From Candidatus Krumholzibacteriota bacterium (GTDB taxonomy: Bacteria; Krumholzibacteriota; Krumholzibacteriia; JAJRXK01), in assembly GCA_963806035.1 (NCBI GenBank), contig CAWDWO010000038.1, positions 11,414 to 75,413 of the forward strand: a stretch of 64,000 nucleotides of DNA, written 5' to 3'. Under the pieces are notes generated by a model, which saw only the letters and a list, made by a program, of their open reading frames with translations, was not told where the DNA came from and made no database searches. Shown one piece after another: positions 27,996 to 38,803 of this stretch (position 1 is its first letter; the number at the start of each line of letters is the position of its first letter). The translations under genes were made by a program, and so were the position numbers.

Positions 27996-29234
27996 ATGTT
28001 AGAGAGAGATCTGCGTTCCCGCCTGGCGTTCTTCGACAAGAAGCATGCGATACCGGCCCAAAAGCCGCAGAGAGTTCAGCAGGGCGCTCGTGAGGAGCTT
28101 CTCACGGCACTGGGAGGGGAACTCCACGGTCGCGGCGCATCCCGTTTCCTCAAGATCGAGGAGCCGGTCGACCCCAAGCTCTTTCCGGGTTCGCCCGCCG
28201 AATGCGTTTCACCCGAGGCCTGGTTCCGGCTAAGCGGCAAGTCCGCGCCGGCGGGAAACCACTGGGTGGTTTTGGATACTGAAACTACCGGACTGCAGAC
28301 CGGGGCCGGCACCCTGGTTTTTCTGGTTGGTCTCTTGCACTGGCGTGAGGAAGATGCGCGCCTGGTTCAGTATTTCATACCCGAGCCTGCGGGCGAGAGC
28401 GGAATGCTGAGAGATCTGTGGCGTGAACTCGAGCCGGCCGACGCGCTCGTCAGTTTCAACGGACTGGCTTTCGACTGCTCACGCCTGCGTACGCGCGGGA
28501 TCCTCTCGCGGCTGGACCCCGGGATGCTCGACATGCCGCAGTTGGATCTCATGCACCCGGCGCGGAGGATTGCCGCCGATTGGTTGCCCGATTGCCGCCT
28601 CAAGAGTCTCGAGCAGAGTCTCCTGGGGAGAGAACGTGAGGACGACCTGCCGGGTAGCGAGGTTCCGGAAGTCTACCGTAGCTGGTTGAGTGATGGATTC
28701 CAGCCGGATCTTCCACGGGTCCTCGAGCACAACCGTCACGACGTGGAGAACCTCATGCACTTGGCCGCGATTCTCGCCGCCATCTATTGCGACGGAGAGG
28801 ATCCTCTCGTGCTTCCGGCAAGCGCGCATCATCGTTTGGGTCGGACGCTGGTGGCCCGCAAGCGCGTCGCTGCGGCCAGAACCCGATTCGAACGCGCCAT
28901 GCGTGAAGGCGAGGAAGGCATCGCCTGTCGTGCCGCCTTCGAGCTGGCTCGGCTTCACAAGAGGTCCGGCGAATGGAAACGAGCTGAAGAGATCTATCGG
29001 CACTGCCTGAAGCGCTGGCCGCGTTTCATTCCCGCCCGGGTGGGATTGGCCAAGGTCCAGGAACATCGGCGGAAAGATCCGGCGGGAGCCCTGCGAACGG
29101 TAAACGCCGCGCTCGAGTTCCTGGCGTCGCTGCCCGCGGCGGAACGAGATGAGGTTTTTCCCGCGACGATCGATGAGCTAGAATACCGGCGGCAACGTCT
29201 GAACCGCCGACTTTCGAAGGTCGCCCTATCGTGA
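27996..29234 (+). CDS. RNase H-like exonuclease with TPR-like C-terminus (MrfB/YprB-like)
   Basis: VLDTETTGL, SFNGLAFD, LKSLEQ and HNRHDV; directly follows the DUF1998 helicase. Confidence 0.85.
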   Translation: MLERDLRSRLAFFDKKHAIPAQKPQRVQQGAREELLTALGGELHGRGASRFLKIEEPVDPKLFPGSPAECVSPEAWFRLSGKSAPAGNHWVVLDTETTGLQTGAGTLVFLVGLLHWREEDARLVQYFIPEPAGESGMLRDLWRELEPADALVSFNGLAFDCSRLRTRGILSRLDPGMLDMPQLDLMHPARRIAADWLPDCRLKSLEQSLLGREREDDLPGSEVPEVYRSWLSDGFQPDLPRVLEHNRHDVENLMHLAAILAAIYCDGEDPLVLPASAHHRLGRTLVARKRVAAARTRFERAMREGEEGIACRAAFELARLHKRSGEWKRAEEIYRHCLKRWPRFIPARVGLAKVQEHRRKDPAGALRTVNAALEFLASLPAAERDEVFPATIDELEYRRQRLNRRLSKVALS

Positions 29235-30244
29235 GTTTGAACGAACAGAGCAAACGTGTCGCGGCCCGGAAGCGGGCGGCCGGGTTCTCCATTTTCCTCA
29301 GCGTGGTGCTCCTGGGGGCCAAGGTCTACGCGTGGCGTTTGACCGCCTCCACCGCGATTCTTTCAGACGCCATCGAGACGATCATCAACGTGGTCGCGGC
29401 CTCGCTGGCCTTCTTCTCGATCGTGCAGAGTGCCAAGCCGCCGGACAGCGATCATCCCTACGGACACGGAAAGGCCGAGGATTTCTCCGCCGGGGTGGAA
29501 GGGACGCTCATCGTCATCGCGGCTCTGCTCATCGTGTGGCACGCGCTGCACCGGCTGGTCGAACCGCGCCCAATCGGACAACTCGACCTGGGGCTTGTGA
29601 TCATCTTGGCTACCAGCTTCGCGAACGGCGCGGCCGGAATGTACCTCATCCGGCAGGGGAAGAGTCACGCCAGCCAAGCCCTCATCGCCGACGGCTATCA
29701 CCTTCTCACCGACACCGTCACCAGCGTCGGGGTCATCGTCGGGCTGATTCTGGTGCGCATCACCGGCTGGGAGCGGCTCGATCCTCTGGCGGCCATCGCA
29801 GTGGCGGCCCACATCCTCGTGGTGGGACTGCGTCTCATGCGTCAGTCCATCGGTCGGCTGATGGATGAAGCCGATGCCGAACTCCTCGAGGAGATCGCGC
29901 GGCGTCTGCAAGCCACGCGTCTACCCGAGTGGATCGATCTGCACGAACTCAGGGCATGGCGCAGCGGAGATCTCAGGCACATCGATCTCCACCTCACCCT
30001 GCCGCGGTATTGGCGCATCGATCAGGCCCACGACACGCAGGCGCACCTCAAGGACGTGCTCCTCGCGCCTTACGATGGGCGGGGAGAGTGCATCGTTCAT
30101 CTGGATCCGTGTACACCGGAATGCTGCCGAATCTGCGCGGTCAGCAACTGTCCGGTGCGGGCGGAGCCCCTGCAGACCCGTCCGGAGTGGACGGGAGAGG
30201 TCCTGGTTCTGGGGCCCAAAGAAGCCAGGGCGATTCGCGACTAG
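29231..30244 (+). CDS. Cation diffusion facilitator family transporter
   Basis: SDAIETIIN, PPDSDHPYGHGKAE and ADGYHLLTD; Cys-rich tail. Confidence 0.93.
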   Translation: MSLNEQSKRVAARKRAAGFSIFLSVVLLGAKVYAWRLTASTAILSDAIETIINVVAASLAFFSIVQSAKPPDSDHPYGHGKAEDFSAGVEGTLIVIAALLIVWHALHRLVEPRPIGQLDLGLVIILATSFANGAAGMYLIRQGKSHASQALIADGYHLLTDTVTSVGVIVGLILVRITGWERLDPLAAIAVAAHILVVGLRLMRQSIGRLMDEADAELLEEIARRLQATRLPEWIDLHELRAWRSGDLRHIDLHLTLPRYWRIDQAHDTQAHLKDVLLAPYDGRGECIVHLDPCTPECCRICAVSNCPVRAEPLQTRPEWTGEVLVLGPKEARAIRD

Positions 30245-32055
30245 AGGAAGTCTGCTCGGTGATCCTCGATCACGGCATCCTTGCGCAGCTTGGCCTGCCA
30301 CGCGAGCAGAAGCTCCCGGCGTTTCGTGAAGAGCAGCGACTGGCAGATTGAATTTCGCTGTGCCTTGAACTGCGCCTCGTCGAAGGGCGTCTTGTAGATC
30401 AGCTTGATGATGTAGACGCCACGCTGCGTTCTCACGTCGGGCAGCATCTCGCCGGGTTTCATGCCGAGGGCCGCTCTGGCGAAGGAAGTGGCGAAGCCGA
30501 TCCCGGGGATGTTTTCGCGCAGTGTGAAGGTGTCGGTCACCGCATGCTCCAGGCCGAGTTTCTTGGCCGCGGCGGCGAGAGTGGATCCGTCCTTGATCTC
30601 TTTCCAGGCATTCGAAATCTTCTCCGCCGCAGCGTCCGTGCGACGCTTGCGCTGGATTCGGCTCACGATGAGACTGCGAACGTCCTGCAGCGGCCGGTAT
30701 CCCGCGGGGATTCTCTGAGCAACTTCGAACAGGTAGAAAGCATCCTGCGTCTCGAAGACGGGAGAGAGAGTGCCCGCATCGTGCTCGAAGGCAAAGTTGG
30801 TACCGCTGAGACTGTTGGGGACGTTGGGGATGTTCAGAGTGGCCTGGAACGGCTCCGTGGTCGTCACCTTCAGGTTCGCGCTGGCGGCCGCCTTTTCCAG
30901 CCCCACGTTCTGGGCGGAGTCGTGCAGGTTCTTCGCCTTGGTCCGCAGCTCCTCCGTGGTGGCTTGACTCGCCACGCGATGCAGGAGGATGTGGCGTACT
31001 TTGACTTCCGTCCTCTGACCCTTGGCGTCGGTCTTCTCATCCTCGACCATGATGAGCTCGAAGCCGGATTCGGTCTTGATGGGCTTTGAAATGTCGCCGA
31101 CCGGCAGAGCGAAGGCGGCGTCGGTGAAGGCCTGCGACATCCGATTCCGGTCGATGAAACCGAGCTCTCCACCTTGGCTCGCGGTGCTGCTGTCCTCGCT
31201 GTAGGTCTGGGCCGCTTCCTCGAAGGTGGTCTTGCCGCTGAGAACGTCCTTGCGGACGTCCTCCAGGATCGAAATCAGCTCCTGCTCGTCCTGGGCGCTG
31301 GGCTCCTTGGGAAGGGTCACCAGGCGCACCGTGACCTGCTCGGGGAGCTTGTAGTCCTCCTTGAAATCATCGTAGAACTTCTGGATTTCCGCGTCCGTGA
31401 CCTCCTCATCCTTCAGATCGACCGAGCTCAGCTCGGCGCCCACGTACTCGGCCACGGCGTGGGTATTCTGCTGGGAAAAGGCCTCGCGCAACTCGGCTTC
31501 GCTCACCAGCGCTTTCCCGCTGACGTAGTTCTCAAGCTTCTGCAGAGGGACGGTCGAGCGGATGTAGCTCTCGATTTGGTCCCAAGGCAGGTTGGGGTTG
31601 TTCAGAGCGCGCACGTAGGCTTCGGTGTCCACCTTGCCGTTTTCGTCCGTGAACTGTGAGAGCAGGAAGGGAGGGGGATTGTTGGACAGGATGTCGACGA
31701 TCTCATCGTCGCTCACCGTGAATCCCAGCTTGTTGGCCTGTTCCCTTTCGAGCGTTTCCAGGATGAGATCGTTGTAGGCCCGTTCCCGGGCGCGCATCAT
31801 CTGATTTTCGCTCAGACTCTCACCCTCGGGGAGTTGTTTGCGCATTTGGTCGAGGATGCCGTTGACACGCTGGTTGTATTCGTCGTAGCTGATGTTGGTG
31901 CCGTTGACGGTGACGATCGCGTTGGTGGGCCGTTGCGACTGTCGATTCTTGCCGCCCTCGAGCCCGATTCCCCAGACGAGAAAGGTGAGACCCAAGAAAG
32001 TGACGATCACCACCAAGTAGATTATCTTTACCCGGTCTCGCATCGCTTGCATCAT
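30241..32055 (-). CDS. Membrane-anchored periplasmic chaperone/PPIase (PpiD/SurA family)
   Basis: MMQAMR followed by a TM helix, a SurA N-domain, parvulin motif FEEAAQTYSED..ASQGGELG and VRHILL. Confidence 0.9.
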   Translation of the reverse strand: MMQAMRDRVKIIYLVVIVTFLGLTFLVWGIGLEGGKNRQSQRPTNAIVTVNGTNISYDEYNQRVNGILDQMRKQLPEGESLSENQMMRARERAYNDLILETLEREQANKLGFTVSDDEIVDILSNNPPPFLLSQFTDENGKVDTEAYVRALNNPNLPWDQIESYIRSTVPLQKLENYVSGKALVSEAELREAFSQQNTHAVAEYVGAELSSVDLKDEEVTDAEIQKFYDDFKEDYKLPEQVTVRLVTLPKEPSAQDEQELISILEDVRKDVLSGKTTFEEAAQTYSEDSSTASQGGELGFIDRNRMSQAFTDAAFALPVGDISKPIKTESGFELIMVEDEKTDAKGQRTEVKVRHILLHRVASQATTEELRTKAKNLHDSAQNVGLEKAAASANLKVTTTEPFQATLNIPNVPNSLSGTNFAFEHDAGTLSPVFETQDAFYLFEVAQRIPAGYRPLQDVRSLIVSRIQRKRRTDAAAEKISNAWKEIKDGSTLAAAAKKLGLEHAVTDTFTLRENIPGIGFATSFARAALGMKPGEMLPDVRTQRGVYIIKLIYKTPFDEAQFKAQRNSICQSLLFTKRRELLLAWQAKLRKDAVIEDHRADFL

Positions 32056-32179
32056 GAGAAGACACTCTCCCGCCCAGGATTCTGCCAAGTGCTCCGGCTG
32101 CGCGAGGATGCGCCGCCGCGAGAGTTTCCCATGGGTCACACGAGACCGCCATCAGGAAACAAGACCAAAAAGATTATCA

Positions 32180-34045
32180 TTGGCCCCACACGCTGGCAAG
32201 TTCGCTGCTCTTTCTGGTGCTTTTCGGTTTTGGACCGTCCTGGCCGGAATACTCTTGCTGGCGGGATCGAGCCGCGCTGGGGGGGCGGAGGAATTCCTCT
32301 GGCCCCTTCCGGACGCTCCGCGCCGCATGACGGGCACCTTCATGGAGTTCCGCGCCGGGCGCTATCACAGCGGCGTGGACCTGCGCACCCAGGGCCGGGA
32401 GGGCCTGAAGGTGGTGGCCTGTGCCCCGGGCTCGGTGGTGCGGCTACGTACCAGCGCGACCGGCTATGGAATCGCGGTCTACCTGCGGCTGGAGGATGGG
32501 AGAGAGCTGGTCTTCGCTCACCTCTCGGCCCTGGCCGATCGTCTGCGAACGCCTCTTCTGGCGGCCTGGAGCGCCAGTGGACGCTACGAGCAGGATCTTC
32601 AGCTCAGCAAGAACGCGATTGCGGTGCAAGGCGGCGAGCTTCTGGCCCTCAGCGGCTCCACCGGAGTGGGGGCGCCCCATCTGCATCTGGAGCTACGCGA
32701 TGCCGCTCAGCGGCCTCTGAACCCGTTGACCCACGGCCTCTCTCTGCCGGACAGCGTGGCGCCACGCATCCTCGCGGCGCGATTGGTGCCGCTCTCACCC
32801 GGCGCCAGGGTGCAGGGGCAGCGCCGGGCCTACGTACTGGCTCCCGGGGAGTCGGTCGCGGCCGCGGGAAGCCTGGGGGTCATGGTGGCGCTGGACGACC
32901 GCAGCGGCTTTGCTCCCTTTCATCTCGGGCCGGCCGAAGTTCGCGTCAAGCTGAATGGACGCGAGATCTATCATCTGCGCAACGACTCCTTCGCTTTCTC
33001 GATGACGGCTCAAATGCGCTTGGAAAGGGCCAGAGATCCGCTCGATCCGCAGCGTACGTGGTTGCGGCTCTACCGCCGTCCCGGCAATGAACTGCCGGGA
33101 CGCAGCGCGCTGGGTCCTGAAGGGATGAGCTTCTCGATCGCCGCGCAGGAGGAGGCGACCCTCGAACTGAGCGCGCGCGACGCCGCGGGAAACGAGGGCA
33201 GCGCCGAATTCATGCTGCGCGGGGAGGCTTCGACACCGCTGGATTCGTCCGCCGCAGCGGCCTGGATCCCCTATGCCGCAGAGGGTGCGGACGCCCCTCC
33301 GCCCGGTCGCGGCATCGTGGGAGGTGCCGGCGGCGGCCAGACTCTGGCCTGCGCTCTGGACCACCAGGATTCGCTTTGGGTCGGCGACCCCAGCGGGCGG
33401 GCCCTCTATCCCGGTGGGGTAGTCTGGCTCGAGCCACAGACAGAACGCTTGCCCAACCCTTCGGGCATGCGGATTTCCGGCCCCAGCTGCGCTTTGAAAG
33501 CAGCGGGTGCGGTGTTCCGCGAGGGGCTTCAAGTCCGGGTCAGAGCGAGCGGCGTTGCGCCGTCCGGGCAGTATGCTCTGTTTCGACTGGGAGCGAACCG
33601 GCGCTGGAAGTTCGTGGCGGGACCCCTGGACTCGAGCGGCGTGGTGCTCGGCACGGTGAGTGGCCCGGGGATCCTGGCGCTGGGCCGGGATCGAAGCGCT
33701 CCACAGCTCGGGAGCTTCGTTGCCGGGACGAAGAACTTGCATTCCGGGTCGAAGCTGGCCGCATTGTCGGCCAGCGCGCGCCAGGCCGCGCCAGGCATGA
33801 CTCTCCCCCGGTGGCCCGCGGTCGGCATTGCGGTGGTGGATGAGGGCGCAGGAATCAGCGACCCTGGTCCGTCGGCGCTGCTCGACGGGGTGCCCTATCC
33901 CGCGCGCTGGGATCCGGAAGGCCAACGCCTCGTGTTCGAATTCTGGCTCGACCCCGGTGCGGGGGAGCACCGCCTCACGGTGCGGGCCCAAGACCGCGTG
34001 GGCAATTCCTCGAGCCGCGAAATTCGCCTGCATTTCGGCTCTTGA
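32180..34045 (+). CDS. M23 family metallopeptidase, exported
   Basis: GTFMEFRAGRYHSGVDLRT, FAHLS and SGSTGVGAPHLHLELRD. Start codon uncertain. Confidence 0.85.
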   Translation: MAPHAGKFAALSGAFRFWTVLAGILLLAGSSRAGGAEEFLWPLPDAPRRMTGTFMEFRAGRYHSGVDLRTQGREGLKVVACAPGSVVRLRTSATGYGIAVYLRLEDGRELVFAHLSALADRLRTPLLAAWSASGRYEQDLQLSKNAIAVQGGELLALSGSTGVGAPHLHLELRDAAQRPLNPLTHGLSLPDSVAPRILAARLVPLSPGARVQGQRRAYVLAPGESVAAAGSLGVMVALDDRSGFAPFHLGPAEVRVKLNGREIYHLRNDSFAFSMTAQMRLERARDPLDPQRTWLRLYRRPGNELPGRSALGPEGMSFSIAAQEEATLELSARDAAGNEGSAEFMLRGEASTPLDSSAAAAWIPYAAEGADAPPPGRGIVGGAGGGQTLACALDHQDSLWVGDPSGRALYPGGVVWLEPQTERLPNPSGMRISGPSCALKAAGAVFREGLQVRVRASGVAPSGQYALFRLGANRRWKFVAGPLDSSGVVLGTVSGPGILALGRDRSAPQLGSFVAGTKNLHSGSKLAALSASARQAAPGMTLPRWPAVGIAVVDEGAGISDPGPSALLDGVPYPARWDPEGQRLVFEFWLDPGAGEHRLTVRAQDRVGNSSSREIRLHFGS

Positions 34046-34065
34046 GAGGTCTTTCCGTGCCCCGC

Positions 34066-34094
34066 TTGCCCCGGAGGGCGGCATTCGCTAGGGT
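34066..34094 (+). promoter_or_regulatory. Putative sigma70-type promoter for dnaE
   Basis: TTGCCC-N17-TAGGGT. Confidence 0.4.
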
Positions 34095-34167
34095 GGCGGC
34101 GGTTGGCCGCGCGTGCCCCAGGCGCGAGCCCGTGAACACCAAGAAGACATGAGCAACCCCGAGGGCC

Positions 34168-37100
34168 ATGAACGGCGAAACCGGTTTCGTCCATCTCCAC
34201 GTGCACAGCGACTACAGCCTGCTGGACGGTGCGGTGAAAGTGAAGGCGCTCGCCCATCAGGCGGCCGCTCTGGGGATGGGCGCGCTCGCGCTCACAGACC
34301 ACGGGAATCTCTTCGGAGCCATCGATTTCTATCAGGCCTGTCAGAAGGAGAAGATCAAACCCATTCTGGGGATGGAGGCTTACCTCGCGCGTGATCGGGG
34401 CGAGACGCAAGGTGAACGCCCTGCGGCGCTGTATCACCTCGTTCTCCTGGCCGAGAACATCACGGGCTGGCGCAACCTCATCAAGCTGGCCTCTCTGGGT
34501 TATCTGGAAGGCCTGCACGAAAAGCCCCGCCTGGACAAGGAGCTGCTGGCTCGTTACCACGAGGGCATCATCGCCACCGGCTCGTGCCTCAGGGGCGAGG
34601 TCAACGCGGCTCTCATGGAGCAGGATCTCCCGCGCGCGAAGCAGATCCTCTGCGAATACCAGCAAATTTTCGGGCGGGACTCCTTCTTCGTCGAAATCCA
34701 GAATCACGGACTGGAAGAGGAGGCGCGGCATCGCGAGCTGGCCGCAAAGCTGTGCGCGGAGACCGGAGCGCGCATGGTTGCCACCAACGACGTGCACTAT
34801 CTGAAAGCCCGCGACGCGGCGGCGCACGACGTCCTCATGGCGATCCAGAGCTCGCGCACGATCGACGATCCCTCGCGTCCGCGCTACGAGGGCAACCAGC
34901 ACTATCTCAAATCGGCGCAGGAAATGGCGGAGGCCTTCCCCGACTTCCCCGATGCGCTGGCAAATACGGTCGAGATCGCGCAGCGCTGTCAGCTCGAACT
35001 GGAAATGGGGAAGCACCTTCTGCCGGTGTTCCCTCTGCCTTCGCGTTTTTCCGAGCCGGACGATTATTTGCGCGAGCTCGCGCAGGAAGGTGCGCGCGAG
35101 CGCTATGGCGCCATCGACGACGCCATCGCGCGCCGTCTGGACTATGAACTGGATGTCATTCGCACCACCGGTTTCGCCGGGTACTTTCTCATCGTCAGCG
35201 ATTTCGTTCGCAACGCGAGAGAGATGGGAATCCCGGTGGGCCCCGGCCGCGGGAGCGCGGCGGGGAGCCTGGTGTGCTACTGCATCCGCATCACCGACGT
35301 GGATCCCCTGGCCCACGGGCTCCTCTTCGAACGCTTCTTGAACCCCGAACGTGTATCGATGCCCGACATCGACATCGACTTTTGCTTCGAACGCCGCGGG
35401 GAGATCATCGACTTCGTGAACCGGAAGTACGGCTCGGAGAGCGTGTGCCAGATCATCACCTACGGGGCAATGCTCGCGCGCGGGGTTCTGCGGGATGTGG
35501 GTCGGGCCATGGGGATGAACTACGGCGAGGTGGATCGCATCGCGAAAATGGTGCCCGAGCAGCTGGGCATCACCTTGAAGAAGGCGCTGGAGGAAACGCC
35601 GGAGTTGCGCGAGGTCCGCGACGAGGATCCTCGCTACGACCGCCTCCTCGATACTTCGCTCTCGCTCGAGGGTCTGTACCGGCACACTTCGATCCACGCG
35701 GCCGGGGTTCTCATCGCGCCGGGAGATCTCACCGACAACGTCCCTCTTTACAAGACGAGCAAGAACGAAATCACCACGCAGTGGGACATGAAGACGGTGG
35801 AGACCATGGGTCTCTTGAAGATGGACTTCCTGGGGCTGAGAACCCTCACCGTCATCGAGAAGGCGCTGGAGTTCGTACGCGCGGAACATCCCGAGCTGAA
35901 GGACCTGGACGCCTCTCAAATTCCGCTTGCCGATCCCGCGGTCTACCAAATGCTCTCGCGCGGCGAAACCGTGGGCGTGTTCCAGTTGGAATCCAGCGGG
36001 ATGCGCGAAGTACTGAGGAAGCTGATTCCCACCGGCTTCGAGGACATCACCGCGGTGAACGCCCTGTACCGTCCCGGTCCTTTGGGGAGCGGCATGGTGG
36101 AGGACTTCATCGAGCGCAAGCACGGCCGCAAGCGCATCGAATACCTGCATCCCCAGCTCGAGCCCATTCTCAAGGAGACCTACGGAGTCATCCTCTATCA
36201 GGAACAGGTCATGCGCATCGCGGGTGACATGGCCGGCTTCAGCATGGGCCAAGCCGACACTCTGCGCAAAGCCATGGGCAAGAAGAACAAGGTCGTGATG
36301 GCGCAGATGGAGAAGGCCTTCGTGGAGGGCGCGGTGGAGCGCGGGGTGAAGCGCGATATCGCGCAGAAGATCTTCGACCTGATGGCCTACTTCGCGGGCT
36401 ACGGATTCAACAAGAGCCACAGCGCCAGCTACGCGGTGCTCTCGGTGCGCACGGCTTGGCTGAAGACGCACCATCCCGCCGCTTTCTTGGCGGCGACTTT
36501 GACCAGCGAAATGAACAACACGGACCGGGTGGTGGCGCTGATCGACGAGGCGCGCCATCTCTCGCTCGAAGTCCTCCCGCCGGACGTGAACACCTGCACC
36601 ACCGATTTCAAGGCCAAGGGGCGCACCATTCGCTTTGGTCTGGGCGCGGTCAAGAACGTGGGCCGGGGCGCCATCGAGGCCATCGTTCAGGCGCGCGAGG
36701 AACTGGGGGGGAGCTTCGGCGGGTTCTACGAGTTCTGCGAGAAGATCGACGGCTCGCGGGTGAATCGCAGAGTCATCGAGAGCCTGATCCATGCCGGCGC
36801 GCTGGACTCTCTGCCCGGCAGACGGGAGCAGAAGCTGAAGGTACTGGATCAGGCGCTGCGCAGGGCGGCCCGGCGCCAGAGAGATCGCCTGCGCGGACAG
36901 GCCGGGCTCTTCGAGAGCGGAGACGAGAAGCGTCCCAGCGAAAGCCCCCTTCCCGAGGTCCCCCCATGGGACGAGGGGGAGCGGCTGGAAAAGGAAAAGG
37001 AAGTTCTGGGGCTGTACCTGACCGGCCACCCGCTGAACCAGTACCGCCAGATTCTGAGCTGGCTTTTGCCCGAGAGCATCGCGCAGCTCGAACAGCGCGG

Positions 37101-37692
37101 TGATGATCAGGCGCTCAGCGTCTGTGGGGTGATCCACGGCCTCAAAACGGTGGTGACGCGCTCCAGTGGTCGAGTCATGGCCTTTCTCACCCTGGAGGAT
37201 TTCTCGGGGCAGTGCGAGGTGATTTGCTTTCCCGACGCTTACGAGGAGCACCGCGCCCTCCTCACCGGCGGCGAGGAGATCCTCTTCGTGATGGGCCGAA
37301 GTAGCTCGCGTTCGGGAGAGGAGAGCAAGCTGGTGCTGGAGAAGGCCTACGGCCTGGACGGAGCCTGCGCCTTTCTCATCCGTTCCCTCAAGGTCAGCGT
37401 GCCCGCCGACCTGCCCGCCGACCGAGCCGAGCAGCTGCTCGCCCTGATCCAGGCGCATCCTGGTCGCACCCCTCTGAATCTGCGAATCCTCGAGGGGGAT
37501 TTCGAGGCAGAAGTGACCGCGACCAAAGCCTCCGTGGAACCGGTACCGGCCTTGCTGCTGGGCCTTGCCGGCCTTTTGGGGCCCGAAGCGGTCGAACCTG
37601 TCTGTCTGAACCCGAACGGCCTCTTGGAGTCTAGCCGGGGCAACGGGCGCAGACGGCGCGGGATGGCGGCCAACGGCCAGTCCAAGCATTGA
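34168..37692 (+). CDS. dnaE: DNA polymerase III alpha subunit
   Basis: FVHLHVHSDYSLLDG (PHP domain), GPGRGSAAGSLV, FERFLNPERVSMPDIDIDF and FNKSHS. No intein seen. Confidence 0.98.
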   Translation: MNGETGFVHLHVHSDYSLLDGAVKVKALAHQAAALGMGALALTDHGNLFGAIDFYQACQKEKIKPILGMEAYLARDRGETQGERPAALYHLVLLAENITGWRNLIKLASLGYLEGLHEKPRLDKELLARYHEGIIATGSCLRGEVNAALMEQDLPRAKQILCEYQQIFGRDSFFVEIQNHGLEEEARHRELAAKLCAETGARMVATNDVHYLKARDAAAHDVLMAIQSSRTIDDPSRPRYEGNQHYLKSAQEMAEAFPDFPDALANTVEIAQRCQLELEMGKHLLPVFPLPSRFSEPDDYLRELAQEGARERYGAIDDAIARRLDYELDVIRTTGFAGYFLIVSDFVRNAREMGIPVGPGRGSAAGSLVCYCIRITDVDPLAHGLLFERFLNPERVSMPDIDIDFCFERRGEIIDFVNRKYGSESVCQIITYGAMLARGVLRDVGRAMGMNYGEVDRIAKMVPEQLGITLKKALEETPELREVRDEDPRYDRLLDTSLSLEGLYRHTSIHAAGVLIAPGDLTDNVPLYKTSKNEITTQWDMKTVETMGLLKMDFLGLRTLTVIEKALEFVRAEHPELKDLDASQIPLADPAVYQMLSRGETVGVFQLESSGMREVLRKLIPTGFEDITAVNALYRPGPLGSGMVEDFIERKHGRKRIEYLHPQLEPILKETYGVILYQEQVMRIAGDMAGFSMGQADTLRKAMGKKNKVVMAQMEKAFVEGAVERGVKRDIAQKIFDLMAYFAGYGFNKSHSASYAVLSVRTAWLKTHHPAAFLAATLTSEMNNTDRVVALIDEARHLSLEVLPPDVNTCTTDFKAKGRTIRFGLGAVKNVGRGAIEAIVQAREELGGSFGGFYEFCEKIDGSRVNRRVIESLIHAGALDSLPGRREQKLKVLDQALRRAARRQRDRLRGQAGLFESGDEKRPSESPLPEVPPWDEGERLEKEKEVLGLYLTGHPLNQYRQILSWLLPESIAQLEQRGDDQALSVCGVIHGLKTVVTRSSGRVMAFLTLEDFSGQCEVICFPDAYEEHRALLTGGEEILFVMGRSSSRSGEESKLVLEKAYGLDGACAFLIRSLKVSVPADLPADRAEQLLALIQAHPGRTPLNLRILEGDFEAEVTATKASVEPVPALLLGLAGLLGPEAVEPVCLNPNGLLESSRGNGRRRRGMAANGQSKH

Positions 37693-37784
37693 CAAGCTCC
37701 GGCGGAGGTTTTTAGCTATGATTCCAGCCGCGGAAAATGGAGCGGGAAGTGATTCCGCGCGCCACTGGTCCCGAGGAGGGCGCG

Positions 37785-38765
37785 ATGGCTGATCCGAAGA
37801 AAGCAGGAATCCACCTCGAGTTCGAGCGGCCGATCGTGGAACTGGAGGAGCGCATCCAGGCGCTGCAGGAGTCGGCCCGGGGTACCGAGCTGGACGTGAG
37901 CTCCGAAGTGGAGCAGCTCCGCCAACGGGTCAACAAGCTCGGGGTGCAGATCTTCTCCAAGCTCGAGCCCTGGCAAAGGGTCCAGCTCGCCCGTCATCCG
38001 CGCCGGCCCTACACTCTCGACTACATCGATCTCATTTTCGAGGACTTCCACGAGCTCCACGGGGATCGTTCCTTTCGCGACGATGCGAGCATCGTCGGAG
38101 GCTTCGCCTATCTGGACGAGCGTCCAGTCATGGTGATCGGCCATCAGAAGGGACGCGACACCAAGAGCAACATTTACCGCAATTTCGGGATGCCCCATCC
38201 CGAGGGTTACCGCAAGGCCCTGCGGCTGATGGAGCTCGCGGCGAAGTTTCGCCGGCCCATCGTCACCTTCGTCGATACTCCGGGCGCCTTCCCCGGCCTC
38301 GGCGCCGAGGAGCGGGGGCAAGCCGAGGCCATCGCACGCAACCTGAAGGTCATGTCCCGCTTGAGCGTGCCCATCGTGGTGTTCATCACCGGGGAGGGGG
38401 GCAGTGGCGGCGCCCTGGCCCTGGCCGTGGGCGACCGGGTCTTCATGCTGGAGAATTCCATCTACTCGGTGATCAGTCCCGAGGGCTGCGCCGCGATCCT
38501 GTGGAAGGATCGCGCCAAAGCGTCTCAGGCGGCGGGCGCCATGCGGATCACCGCGCCCCAGGTCCATGCGCTGGGGGTGGTCGATGGCGTGCTGCGCGAG
38601 CCCCTGGGGGGGGCCCATCGCGATTCGGAAGCCATGGCCGCCACCATCCGCGAAACCCTGGTCAAGTCTCTCCAGGAACTCTCGGCTCTCTCGGTGCAGG
38701 CCTTACTGGACAATCGCCTCTCGAAATATTTGAACATGGGGGTCTGGCAGCAGGAGCCAATCTGA
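37785..38765 (+). CDS. accA: Acetyl-CoA carboxylase carboxyltransferase alpha subunit
   Basis: [34 protein letters not shown] and [10 protein letters not shown]; strong GAGGAGG RBS before ATG 37785. Confidence 0.97.
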   Translation: MADPKKAGIHLEFERPIVELEERIQALQESARGTELDVSSEVEQLRQRVNKLGVQIFSKLEPWQRVQLARHPRRPYTLDYIDLIFEDFHELHGDRSFRDDASIVGGFAYLDERPVMVIGHQKGRDTKSNIYRNFGMPHPEGYRKALRLMELAAKFRRPIVTFVDTPGAFPGLGAEERGQAEAIARNLKVMSRLSVPIVVFITGEGGSGGALALAVGDRVFMLENSIYSVISPEGCAAILWKDRAKASQAAGAMRITAPQVHALGVVDGVLREPLGGAHRDSEAMAATIRETLVKSLQELSALSVQALLDNRLSKYLNMGVWQQEPI

Positions 38766-38773
38766 GCCCCATC

Positions 38774-38803
38774 TTGACGAAAACCGCGTGTTTCCGCTAT
38801 TCT
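38774..38803 (+). promoter_or_regulatory. Sigma70-type promoter for the Trm112/porU-like operon
   Basis: TTGACG-N18-TATTCT. Confidence 0.55.

Noticed and set aside
33895..37695. 1266-aa minus-strand ORF, and similar long antisense ORFs such as 11432..13162, 50892..52997 and 3005..4105
   Set aside because: Shadow ORFs opposite well-supported genes, expected in GC-rich DNA; they show no protein motifs.
37689..37722. TTGACA...TATGAT promoter for accA
   Set aside because: The spacing is 22 nt, too long for a sigma70 promoter, and the TTGACA overlaps the dnaE stop codon.
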